Assembly: GCF_963921235.1 (NCBI RefSeq)
Contig: NC_086111.1
Coordinates: 28,458,001-28,522,000, forward strand
DNA length: 64,000 nucleotides
From: Mobula hypostoma
Taxonomy: Eukaryota
Direction of reading: 5' to 3'
A program made the translations under genes and the position numbers. Positions within the stretch are counted from its first letter, which is position 1. The number at the start of each line of letters is the position of its first letter. Of the stretch, positions 12,375 to 24,068 are shown in pieces. The notes beneath the pieces were generated by a model, which was given only the letters and a program-made list of their open reading frames with translations, searched no databases and had not been told where the DNA came from.

Positions 12375-13083
12375 TCGTAATTTTTAACTATCTCCGTTTG
12401 ATCGGAGGTTGTGAATCTATCAGCCTTAATTTTTTTTTTTGCCTTATATGGGCAGAAAAGTTTATTTTTGATTAATTAATATGGTTGCTAAACTTTCTTT
12501 CTATCTGCGTCATTCCTTTCTTTTTCCCAGGGGATTCTGGGTGGTTATTCCCCTCAGTGTCATTCTACGTATTTCCTTTGAGGCCTTAAATTTTGTAGTT
12601 TTTAAATTTACTTTTTTTGTAGGTTTTCATGACTAGTTTATGTTAATAATTTTATTTCTTTTTTTGTTTATTCATAGGGTCTGGGGTTTGTTGCATTTTT
12701 TTTATATTTTCTGGCTTTTTCTCTGTTATATTAAGTGTTTGTTTTAATTGATTTACTTTTTTTTATTCTTTTACTGTTTTATAACTAGCTGATCTTTTTT
12801 ATATTTACACTTTTTTTTAGGGAGCGTCTATCGGAAGTCATGGGGGTAGTTTTAGTGCTTGCTTCTTTCTGGCTGGTCTGTGTTAGATTTAGCCTTGGGG
12901 TCATGGGGTGGGGGTGGTGGGAGAGGCTTCACGTTTTAGTTTTTTTCTTCTTGGGCTATGTACATTATTGAAGTATTGGTTGCGTTCTCCTTCCCAGTAT
13001 CTCTTATTTGTTCTGTTCCCTTTCCGGGTTCGTGGGTCGACCCTATTGTCAATCCTCCTTGTTGCGGGTTGACTTTAGGGTTT

Positions 13084-16000
13084 ATGGAGTCTATTATTAA
13101 TTTCGTCTCCTGGAATACTAATGGTCTTAACCATCCTATTAAAAGGAAAAAAGTTTTTAAAGTGTTCCGGAGACTTAAAGCACAAATTTTATTTTTACAA
13201 GAGACCCATGTGCGGAGGGGGGACAGACTATGTTTTTTTAAATTCTGGAAGGAACAACAGTTCCATTCGAACTCTAACGCTAAGATTCGAGGCGTCTCTA
13301 TTTTTATAGACTCCTCAGTTACTTTTATACAACATGATATTATTTCTGATCCGAATGGTAGATTTCTACTGGTTAGTGGTCTACTATTTAATAAAGAGGT
13401 AGTTTTGGTTAATGTTTATGCTCCCAATATGGACTGTCCGGAATTTTATAAATCATTATTTAATCAGTTCCCGAATTTGAATGAGTTTTCATTGATCTGG
13501 GGCGGAGATCTTAATACCTGTTTATCTCCAGCTTTGGACCGTTCGGCTCCTCTACGGACCTTACCTAATAAATCTACAACTTTGATTAATTCATTCCTCT
13601 CTGATTCTGGGTCAACGGACATTTGGCGTTTTCTGCATCCTCAGGAAAAAGATTTTTCTTTTTTTTCACATGTTCACCATTCCTATTCAAGAATTGATTA
13701 TTTCTTTATTGACTCTCGTCTTATTTCTTCAGTGATTAAATGTGATTATGACTCTATAACCATTTCGGATCATGCTCCACTTAAGCTTTCTATTAAAATT
13801 CTGGCCAATACACAAAATAATGGACAATGGCGTTTTAATTCGCTGTTGCTTCAGGACTCAAACTTGGTTAACTTTATGAATGAACAGATTGATCTTTTTT
13901 TTACAATCAACTATACAGAGGATATTTCTGTGAACATTCTTTGGGATACTTTTAAAGCTTATGTTCATGGTCAGATTATCTCGTATTCTGCTGCTTTGAG
14001 GAAGAAGCTGAAGCAGGACGAGTTGGTAATTGTGGACAAGATTAAGGAAATTGATAAGAAATATGTTACAGCTCCCTCTGAGGAGTTATATAAACAAAGA
14101 ACTGAACTTCAAATGGAACACAGTTTATTACTTTCGTCCTCGATTGTAAACCAATTAAAGAAAACAAGAAGTGAATTTTATGTCCACAGTGACAAAATTG
14201 GCAAACTGTTGGCTAACCAATTGAAGTCTAATTATGCTAAATCTCAAATTAATCAGATTTATAATCAAAATGACAGACTGATACTTGATCATGCGGGGAT
14301 TAATCAAACTTTCTTTGATTTTTATTCTTCCTTATATCAATCAGAGTCTCCTCGAGACTCTAAATATATGAATGATTTTTTAGATAACCTAGACTTCCCT
14401 GAGATTTCACAGGATATGTCTTCTATGCTAGATACTCCCATTACCACTGATGAGATTAAGAATGTTATTTCCTCTATGAACCTGGGGAAAGCTCCTGGCC
14501 CTGATGGGTTTACCGTAGAATTTTATAAATGTTTTGCACCTTCATTAATCCCTTGGTTCTGTAGGGTTTTCGAGGCTTCATTAAAACTTGGTAAACTTCC
14601 CGAATCTTTCAATAGAGCGTCAATCTCTCTAATATTAAAGAAGGATAAAGATCCTGCTCAATGTGCATCTTATAGACCAATATCTTTATTAAATGTTGAC
14701 TCTAAAATTTTTTCTAAGTTATTAGAAAACAGATTAGAAAAAAGTACTTCCTTTTATTATTTTGGAAGACCAAACGGGTTTTATTAAAGGTCGTTACTCT
14801 TTTTATAACATTCGCACACTGTTAAATATTGTTTATACCCCCTCACAAAATGTTCCTGAGTGTGTTATCTCTTTAGATGCTGAGAAAGCTTTTGATAGAG
14901 TAGAATGGCCTTACTTATTTAAGGTGCTTGAAATGTTTAATTTTAGCTCGAAATTTATATCCTGGATCAAACTGTTATATCATTCTCCTGTGGCCTCGGT
15001 CTGTACTAACTCTCTAAGCTCACCATTTTTCCCTCTTTTTCGAGGTACTCGACAAGGTTGTCCTCTTAGTCCTTTATTATTTGATATTGCATTAGAACCT
15101 CTTGCAATTGCCATTCGAGAATCTCCAAATATTACTGGGATAACTCGGGGCTTAAAGTCCCATAAAATATCACTCTATGCTGATGACTTACTTTTATATA
15201 TTTCTAATCCTCAAAAATCCATCCCTGCTGTTTCAGAGTTATTAGCACAATTTAGTCTCTTTTCAGGTTATAAATTAAATCTTAGTAAGAGTGAACTTTT
15301 CCCGATTAATAAACAACTTCCCTTATATCATAACTTTCCATTTAAATTGATTAATAATTATTTTTCATATCTTGGGATTAAAATTACTTGTAAACACAAA
15401 GATTTATTTAAGATTAACTTTTTATCCTTAATTGACCATATTATTCAACTTTCATCTAAATGGTTTCCTTTATATTTAACTTTGATTGGTCGTATTAATG
15501 CAGTTAAGATGTTTTTTCTGCCAAAATTTCTATATATATTTCAGGCATTACCTTTTTTTGATAAAGTTGACTCAAAAATTTCTTCATTTATTTGGCAAAA
15601 TAAAAACGCGAGACTGGGTAAAATATATTTACAGGAAGCTAAGAGAGATGGAGGTTTAGCATTACCTAACTTTAGATTTTATTATTGGGCAATCAATATT
15701 CGACATATGAAATTTTGGTTACTTGACCAGGATATACTATCCATTCCTAAATGGGTAGCATTGGAATTACAATCTGTTCAGGGCTATACACTTGGCTCTA
15801 TTTTAGGTTCCTCTCTTACTTTTGATTTGAAACGCCTTAAACAGGTATCTAACCTGATAGTTAAATATACCTTACGTATTTGGTTCCAATTCAGAAAATT
15901 TTTTGATCTTAACCAATTTGGGCTAGCGATTCCTATTTTAGGTAACATATTTTTTCCTCCCTCTTTTACGGATCGTGCCTTTCAAATTTGGAAGACTAAG

Positions 16001-16843
16001 GGTATTTCAAGGTTTTTGGATTTATTTTTAGATGGTTCCCTTATGTCTTTTGAACAATTACCTAATAAATATAATTTATCAAGAATACATTTTTTTAGAT
16101 ATCTACAAGTTAGAAATTTCCTAAGTACTATACTTTCTTCCTTTCCAATGCTTCCTCCTACATACATTTTAGATACTATAATTAATCTTAATCCATGTCA
16201 GAAAGGTGCATCGGCTATGATTTATAATATTATTATGAAACTTAGGAAAGCTCCATTTGATAAGATTAGGGTAGATTGGGAACAGGAATTGGGGTCTATC
16301 ATTTCCATGGATGCCTGGGGCAGATTTTACAATTAGTCAATACTACTTCTATCTGTGCTAAACGTTCCCTAATTCAATTTAAAGTTGTTCATAGAGCACA
16401 TATGTCCAAAGATAAATTAGCTCGCTTTTATTCTCATATTAATCCTTTTTGTGATAGATGTCCGGGGCAGATAGCCTCTTTAACTCATATGTTTTGGTCT
16501 TGTCCTACTCTGGAAACTTTTTGGAGAGACATTTTTAATATTATCTCAAAGGTATTGAATATAGATATCTCTCCTCACCCTATTACTGCTATCTTTGGAC
16601 TACCTAAAATTTCCAGTAATCTTTCTCCTTCAGCCCATAGAATGATTGCATTTCTTACTTTAATGGCGAAAAGATGTATCTTACAACATTGGAAAGAGTT
16701 TAACGCTCCAACCACCTTTTTTTTGGTTTTCTCAGACGATATTGTGCTTGAATTTGGAGAAAATTAGAAGCAATCTTTATGATTCCTCACTTAAATTTGA
16801 ACAGAACTGAAGATCTTTTATTCAATATTTTCATTTAAGGTAA
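13084..16843 (+). pseudogene. L1 ORF2p (APE endonuclease, RT, CCHC), frameshifted
   Basis: SWNTNGL, LQETH, GGDLN, SRIDYF and SDHAP (endonuclease); KAPGPDGF, YRPISLLN, GTRQGCPLSP and YADD at 15176-15187 (RT); CDRC..HMFWSC knuckle. Frameshifts at A6 14738-14743, G4 16317-16320 and T8 16717-16724; TGA at 16808-16810. Confidence 0.95.
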
Positions 16844-17296
16844 TTTTTTTTCTCTTTTTTGCTCCATATTTATATACCCTTCTTGTTTTTTTTTTACTGT
16901 TTTTAATGGAGGTCAGTTTTGAGGACGTGATTTTAAGTTCTTTAACTCTACTTGGTTCCAAGTTAGCCCATTGCTTTGCTTTGCTTTTAGTTTAGTTGCA
17001 CGGTGGGGTTTTTTTTTCCTTTTCTCTATTGATATATATATATATAAATTAGTATACTATTATGTTACCTTAGTATGTTATGTTTAAATTACATTGTTTG
17101 TATCATTTTTTTTTCTGTATTAATATCTCCTGTAATTTTATTATATTCTAACAGTGTATTAGTGCCTATATGGCTTACCTTTTTGTATACTTATTCAATA
17201 AAAAGATTTAAACAGAAAGAAAGACAACTGGCTGGCATAATGGTGGAATGGCTTCATTTCATCGGCGATACCCTGGTCAAATTATATACCTTCAAA

Positions 17297-18778
17297 GCAA
17301 CACTCACAAAAAGCTGGAGGAATTCAGCAGGTTAGGCAGCTTCTACGGAAATGAATAAACTGTCAATATTTCGGGCCAAGACCCTTCTTCAGGACTGGAG
17401 AGGAAGGGGAAAATGCCAGAAAAGAAAGAGGGAGAGAAGAAGGATAGCTAGAAGCTAATAGGTGAAACCAGGTGAAAAGTAAAGGAATGGAAAGAAAGGA
17501 ATCTGATAGGAGATGAGTAGCCATTGGAGAAAGGGAAGGAGGAAAGGACCCAGGAGGAAGTGATAGGCAGGTAAGAAGAGGTAAGAGGCCAGTGTGGGGG
17601 ATAGAAGAAGCAGGGATGGGGGGGGGGAATTTATTTCTCCAGAAGGAGAAATCAATATTCATGCCATCAGGTTGGAGGCTACCCAGATGGAATATAAGGT
17701 GTTACCCTGCCACCCCAAAGGTGGTCTCATCATGGCACAAGAGGAGATGATGGACTAACATGTCAGAATGGGAATGGGAATTAAAATATCTGGCCAATGG
17801 GAAGTTTGCTTTCGATGGATGGAACGGGGTGCTCTATGAAGTCATCCTCCAACATATGACATGCTCCACCAATGTAGAATAAGTCGCATCAGGAGCACAG
17901 GACACAATAGAGGACCCCAGCAGATTTGCAGGTGAAGTGTTACCTCCCTGGAAAGGACTGTTTGGGGCCCTGAATGGAGGTGAGGGAGGAGGTAAATGGG
18001 CAGGTATCACACTTTGACAACTTTCAGGGATAAGTGCTGGGAGGGAGATTAGTTGGGAGGGACAAATGGACAAAGGAGTCATAAAGGGAGTGATCCCTGT
18101 GGAAAGTGGAGAGAGGGGGAAGGTAAAGATATGTTTGGCGGGAAGATTCCTTTGGAGGTGGCGGAAGCTGCGGACAATGATATGTTGGTTCCGGAGGCTG
18201 AAGGGGTGGTAGGCAAGGACAAGAGGAACTGTATCCCTGTTAAAGTGGCAGGAAGATGAGGTGAGCGCAGATGTCCAGGAAATGAGGAGATGTGGGTGAG
18301 GGCAGCATCAATGGTGGAGGAAGGAAATCCCTGTTCTTTGAAGAAGGAGGACACCTCTGATGTTCTGGAAAGAAAAGCTGCATCCTGGGAACAGATGTGG
18401 TGGAGTTGAAGGAACTGAAAAAATGGAATAGCATTATTACAGAGACAGGGTGGGAAGAGTCAAGTTAACTGTGGAAATTGATAAATTTATAAAAGACCTT
18501 GGTGGGAGTTTATCTACAGAGATGGAGACAGAGAGATCAAGAAAAGGGGGGGAGGAGTCAGAAATGGACCAAGTGAACTTAAGGGCAAGGTAGAAGTTGG
18601 AGACAAAGTTGATGAAATTGATGAGCTCAGCAAGCGTGCATGAAACAGTACCAATGCAGTCACCAACATAGCAGAGGAAGAGTTGGGGAGCATAACCAGG
18701 AAAGTTTTAGAACATGGACTGTTCTATGTAGCCAACAAAATCGCAGCCATAGCTGGAGCGTATGTGAGTGTCCCAGTA
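17297..18778 (-). mobile_element. Penelope-like element 3' part (RT C-terminus, GIY-YIG, pLTR)
   Basis: Minus-strand motifs FVGYIEQS, MSSFFKEQGFPSSTIDAAL and MNIDFS; terminal pLTR at ~17297-17400. Confidence 0.9.
17360..17397 (-). ncRNA. Minimal hammerhead ribozyme motif, catalytic boxes intact
   Basis: Reverse complement CAGTC-CTGAAGA-A-GGG-TCTTGG-CCC-GAAA-TATT-GACAG: CUGANGA and GAAA intact, helix II GGG/CCC, palindromic helix III. Confidence 0.75.
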
Positions 18779-19212
18779 CATTCAATGCCTGCTCATAGAT
18801 ACTTTTCAATGAATCCTTCTGAGTCTTCTCAACAGCTATAGCTGAAATTACAGACAAGCCAGCATTTCAGCCAACATTCACATTTTCGTCCAATGTTTAA
18901 GCCTGTGTGCTGTACCCTCAACAGAATATATGATAGGGCATTCTGCTTTGTGATTTTGTGCTCAACTGCACAATTACGCTGCATTAGAAGGATTATCCAT
19001 CTTTGTATCCTGCAGATATCTTTGTACTGTATATATCACTGATCTGACACCTACTGCTACACTGTTGTAATCTGTTAAGTAGGATGAAGCATCTGATTGA
19101 AAACCTTGGAAGCTAAAATTCCAGGCGCTTCCTTTTCATTCATATAGGTGCTCACTCGCAATGGTCCATGAAGCAAAAGCAATTAGTTTCACTTGCCCAT
19201 CACGTGAAGGGA

Positions 19213-19420
19213 AATTGCCACAGATGACTGTGGACGCCAAGTCATTGGGTATATTTAAAGCGGAAGTCAGTGGATTCTTGGTGAGTAAGGGCATCAAAGG
19301 TTATGGGATGAGGGCAGGAGTATGGGGTTGAGAGGGAAAATAAATCATCCGTGATAGAATGATGGAGCATTTAGAATGGGCTGAATGGCCTAATTCTGCT
19401 CCCATGTCTTGTGGCCTTAA
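19213..19420 (+). mobile_element. CR1 LINE 3' end
   Basis: GCCAAGTCATTGGGTATATTTAAAGCGGA...GAATGGCCTAATTCTGCTCC; homologous to 41690-41885 and 46540-46705. Confidence 0.85.
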
Positions 19421-21903
19421 GTCACTAACATAATAACTGGACATGCCAACTTCACCTTACACATATGGATGGGAGTTTCCCTTGTTGATCTTTGCTTACA
19501 TTCATCTTTAGGACTTTGTCACTCCTCCCTCCATACTTTGTCTCATCTTTTTCCCACCGTGTGATGCAATGGTCTGAGCAACATGACAAATTCTGGAATG
19601 AGTTACAAGATACAGTGCCATCACACTCTTCTCTGCCTCCATAGGCCAGGAGAAGATATGTATCAACTTTAAATGCTGATATTGTAATTGCTAACTACTT
19701 GACATGAAAGTAAAAACAGGATGCAATGTATTATTAAGTTTACATGTTGGTGAACCAGACACTACTTTTAGTTAAGAGTTGACTGCCCTCAATAATTACT
19801 GTTTTATTGAGAACTCCACCTCTATTATTTTCTTTATTAAGCAGGAACAAAGAGACTACACACTGCAAATCCAACAAAAAAATTCTCTAATAGAATAAGT
19901 GCAGAGAAATAAGGTGGAGTCATAATTTGTAAAAGAGACCATGTTAATCATTTTACTGAATTGTAATGAATTAATTATAGCCCATTATTTAACAGACACT
20001 TCTGTAGTATGACTATGATTGATTCCCTTCCAAATGCAATGTTAATAACCTGATTTATGAAGTCATCTTCCTCTGAAACTTAAGTGAAGATTAAATTATT
20101 TAATTTTATCACAATGGGATTTCATGACTTCCTTCTGTTTTGTTTTTTTATTTTTTTGTCCCATCTCTGTTTCTACAATAATCTTCTTGGCGGCTATTCT
20201 TTCCATTTCAGAGCTAAACTGAAAACTACCACAATTTTGAGCAGAGCTCTGCTATTATGGCTAATCTTCAAATACGGTGAAAAGAACTGCATTTTGCAAA
20301 AGCCGACTTCTCTTAACAGATGACTTCTGTATTAATATCTGACACTGAATATGACAAAGCCTGACATACATGTAAGACTCCAGAGCTCAACTAGAACAGT
20401 ACAGGGAACTTCTAATATCAAGCTGGACTCAACTGAGCGACATCTTGCCCGTAAGTTAGATGGTCATGGATTGTACACTACTTAGATACTTGACAATACT
20501 AGGCCAAGTCCTGTTGATAATTGCAGTCTTTCCAGAATGGAGCGCTTTTTTTAAATCCTGGAACAGACTGCAGAAGGAAGTCAAGTCATACGCATCCAAA
20601 AATGTATATACTGTAAGTCCCAATGATTCCATATAAATTAATCCATTAGTACCAGTTTCTAAATAATTAAATATCTTCAAATTCTGTATTTTAATCTTCT
20701 TAAATTTTAATTTCATATCTCTTCAGTAACCGTCAAAAGCCATTCACCATACCTGGGCAACTGGCTTTGACACCTGTCAGAAGTTTCCTCAGCAGTGTTG
20801 TGGGTGGGGCTTCATTCGCCACCCCCCATACACCTAATTGCGAGGACCCTGGAGGCTCTTGAGCAGCAGTTTTCAGGCTAACAGATCAACTTCCGGGCTC
20901 TCGTTTTTCCATTGCCCCCAAAGCACGTGTGGGGCAATGGGGAGATATGAGCAGTGTGATGAACCCCTCTCACTAACACTGGTGCTATTATCCAGGTTGC
21001 CACTATAGTGTAGCATTGAGTCAACACAGCACTTAGAGAAGTAATACCTTTCAAATGAGATTCTAACCCAAGAACAAGTGACATGATGATGTACTGGATG
21101 AACAAGTTATCTAGGGCCGCAACAAATTCCTCGCTCAGACACCACCAGAGATTAACTGGCAAAGTTTTCTTCTCTGCTTGTAAGATATTTGGCTCCAAGC
21201 CAATATTGCATTGTCAGAAGTAATGCTTTGGATTAGATGAGGTCATTGTACTGAGGCAAACTCTCTCATTCCCCTCATAATTTTCACAACATATCTCAAT
21301 GATGTTAAACCTAATTCTGATTCAATAGCTCCTGTGACTATGCATCTCAGATAAACTAACAATTAAGTGTTATGTGCAAGAAAGTGCTGAAGTAGCTCAG
21401 TAGAATGCAGCTATCAATAACTTACGATTCCACTTGGAATTATGTGGCAAAGGCACACGCTCAATTAGGTATAGTGCACTGTTGAATTTAGGGTGGAGAT
21501 GTGGGGGTTGAGTCAGAATGGATCCCAAATAAGGAAAGCTAAGAGAAAGTGGAGCTTGCACTATGAAATACTCAACAAACAGACCTTCTAGTTTGTTGTT
21601 CCAGGGAGACGTTTCTGTCCAAGTACTCCCCCCCCCCCAAAGACTTTGCAGGGATTTCAGCATTAGTGGGTAGCAGAGGCTCTGGCTGATTATATTCACA
21701 TATACCCATCTTTTCACTCCAAAAGCTACAAATTGCGAAGAGCATTGATTGTCCCTAGCCAATAATAATGAGCAGAGATCAATCCCAAGTCTTTCCAGTT
21801 GTTACTAATTCAGAATATTTAAAGTTTGCCAGTTCAAAGATAAAGAAGTGCTTTATTTATCACATGTACACTGAAACATCAAAACATACAGTGAAATGAA
21901 TCA

Positions 21904-22418
21904 TAGTCGGCCCTCCGTATCTGCGGGTTCTGCATCCACGGATTCAACCAACCGTGGATTGAAAATATTCGGAAAAAAACGGAACAAAGCCTCCATGTCA
22001 CCCGAGGGATAACAACATGCCTACAACCACTGCAAGGTTTGTTTGATGATGCAAAGAGAAAGAAGAAACAGCTCCCTATAACAATGTTTCTAACTAAAAC
22101 TTATGCAATTGTGAAGCCTCGACCTTCAACGCTTGAGGATCTTCAGCCCTTACCCTCCACAGATCCTGACATTAGTATTATTGNNNNNNNNNNNNNNNNN
22201 NNNNNNNNNNNNNNNNNNNNNNNNNNNNNNNNNNNNNNNNNNNNNNNNNNNNNNNNNNNNNNNNNNNNNNNNNNNNNNNNNNNNNNNNNNNNNNNNNNNN
22301 NNNNNNNNNNNNNNNNNNNNNNNNNNNNNNNNNNNNNNNNNNNNNNNNNNNNNNNNNNNNNNNNNNNNNNNNNGCGGGGGGTCCTGGAACCTATCCCCCA
22401 TGGCTACCAAGGGAAATA
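21904..22418 (+). mobile_element. Internally deleted Tigger/pogo DNA transposon (MER2-like ends) spanning the gap
   Basis: Left end AGTCGGCCCTCCGTATCTGCGGGTTCTGCATCCACGGATTCAACCAACC; right end GGGGGTCCTGGAACCTATCCCCCATGGCTACCAAGGG; internal peptide FDDAKRKKKQLPITMFL resembles a Tigger transposase C-terminus. Confidence 0.8.
22184..22373. other. Assembly gap (190 N)
   Basis: Run of N bases. Confidence 1.
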
Positions 22419-23572
22419 AATCACTTGAGTCAAATCAAGTCAGCGAGGGTTGCGCTGGAGGCAGCCTGCAAGTGTTGCCATGCTTCTGCTTAGAAGCAGT
22501 GGATTGGAATAAATTGCTGTGGGGATAGCAGTCATACCTTGTGTGTGGTAAGGGATAACTTGTTTCCATGGAAAAACAACCAACATCCACTGCAGGAGAA
22601 GCAGGTTCCTCTGTATGTTTTCTACCTTTAACAAAACTTACTGGTTCAAACTTGTTATTTGGCTCAGCAATGTCTGTGATTGATTGTGAACCACAATTGC
22701 TTAGCTGCTTCCCGAAAGTTGACACAGCACATGCTGACTGACTGATGCTCATGAATTTGCCATTCTTTTCCATCAGTGCATTCCAACTGGAGCCCAAAAG
22801 TTGGGCTGGATTGTTTTGGGATTCGCTAGCATTACTTTGGTTTGCAATTCTTCAATTCAACATCAAATGTAGCTGGTGAAGGTGTGATGGATATTCACTT
22901 CCCTTGATTTTAGTTTTTGCAAATCTCACCTTTCCCAGAATCTGTAATCTATAAGATCGTAAACAGATGTAAACAAACTTACAACTAATATTGCTTTGTT
23001 TAGTCACAAATGTGAATCAATCTTCTGTATTTAAAATGTAAATGGAAAGCAGTAATCAATTTGAAGTTAAAAAGTACTCTCTATAGAACATCTTTGCAAA
23101 CAAGCTCTGCTTATAGCAGCCTGTCTTGCTGCTCGAGCGGCAGAGTATACAACAATGGATTTTTCATTTGGCTTGTTTCAAACAGATAAAGCAAACTAGG
23201 TTGCTTAATGTAAGGAAGATTGTAGACCAAATGGATTATATCATTTACATATCAAATAATTAATGTGTTTATAGCTGGGAGTTTTATGTACTTAAATAAG
23301 ATAGCTTTGCAGCATTAATTATGAACTGTGAACATTAAGCTAAGGTCAATGTCTCCAAAATGATTTGTTTTAGACTCTTTGGATGAAAAGGATATCTGAG
23401 GAAATATCACGTGTGTGAAGTCACCAAAGTGAAAGAAAAAAGGGTATAATTGTACAAAGCAGTTGAGGTCCTGTACAGGTTCAGGTAAAGAACAACAAGA
23501 GATACATGGAGTGAACTAGAATCCATTTTTCTGGCTTCAGTTTCTGCAACAGTTTAGATTATATTATTAGAG

Positions 23573-24068
23573 TATGAGGACACTCAGTCCTCATTTATTG
23601 TCATTTAGAAATGCATGCATTAAAAAATGATACAATGTTCCTCCAGAATGATATCACAAAAAAACACAAGACAAACCAAGACTAAACTGACAAAACCACA
23701 TAATTATAACATATAGTTACAACAGTGCAAAACCCTATCGTAATTTGATAAAGAGCAGACCATGGGCACGGTAAAAAAAAGTCTCAAAGTTCCAATAGCC
23801 TCATCATCTCACGCAGACGGTAGAAGGGAGAAACTCTCCCTGCCATGAACCTCCAAGCGCCACAAACTTGCCGATGCTGCACCATTGGAAGCTCCCGACT
23901 GCAGCAGACTCTGAGTCTGTCCGAAAACTTTGAGCCTCTGACCAGCCCTCCGACACCAAGCCCCAAGCACCATCCTCTGCCAAGCATTTTGACCCTGCCC
24001 CGGCCGCCGAGAAACAAGCCAAGCCGAGGACTCGGGGCCTTCCCCTCCAGAGATTCTGGATCACACAG
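23573..24068 (-). repeat. Non-autonomous retroposon; same family as 38283-38946
   Basis: Reverse complement aligns by eye with 38500-38946 over both body and tail (GCACTGTTGTAACTATATGTTATAATTATGTGGTTTTG...AAATGACAATAAA..GAGGACTG). Confidence 0.8.

Larger units (their letters stand above)
11358..17222 (+). mobile_element. Full-length LINE-1 (fish-type L1 clade)
   Basis: TSD GACAACTGGCTGG at 11345-11357 and 17223-17235; 5' end GGACTTCCGG; ORF1, ~700-bp T-rich spacer, ORF2; AATAAA at 17197-17202; short (GAAA)n tail. Confidence 0.97.
9800..21300 (-). pseudogene. Highly decayed Ty3/Gypsy gag-pol split by younger insertions
   Basis: Manual minus-strand translation gives collinear motifs: gag EEFVAAL (~21120); connection domain LIPEFVMLLRPLHH..KLAC (~19440-19605); RNase H DGQVKLIAFAS (19169-19201), EKEA and RIQRWIILL (18985-19011); EKTQKDSL (~18810); DEMKPF (~17255); integrase zinc-finger-like HTEHVEIVGMR (11238-11270). 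Outer limits are approximate. Confidence 0.65.

Noticed and set aside
12958-13083. N-terminal extension of L1 ORF2 from the ATG at 12958
   Set aside because: Endonuclease homology starts at MESIINFVSWN (13084); the upstream part is spacer sequence.
20456-20900. Two-exon host gene end on the minus strand
   Set aside because: Better explained as the gag and zinc-knuckle remnant of the decayed Gypsy element.
22039-22528. ORFs containing long X runs
   Set aside because: They are open only because they cross the N gap.
22848-22856. Selenocysteine or readthrough TGA
   Set aside because: No SECIS recognised and no selenoprotein-like context.
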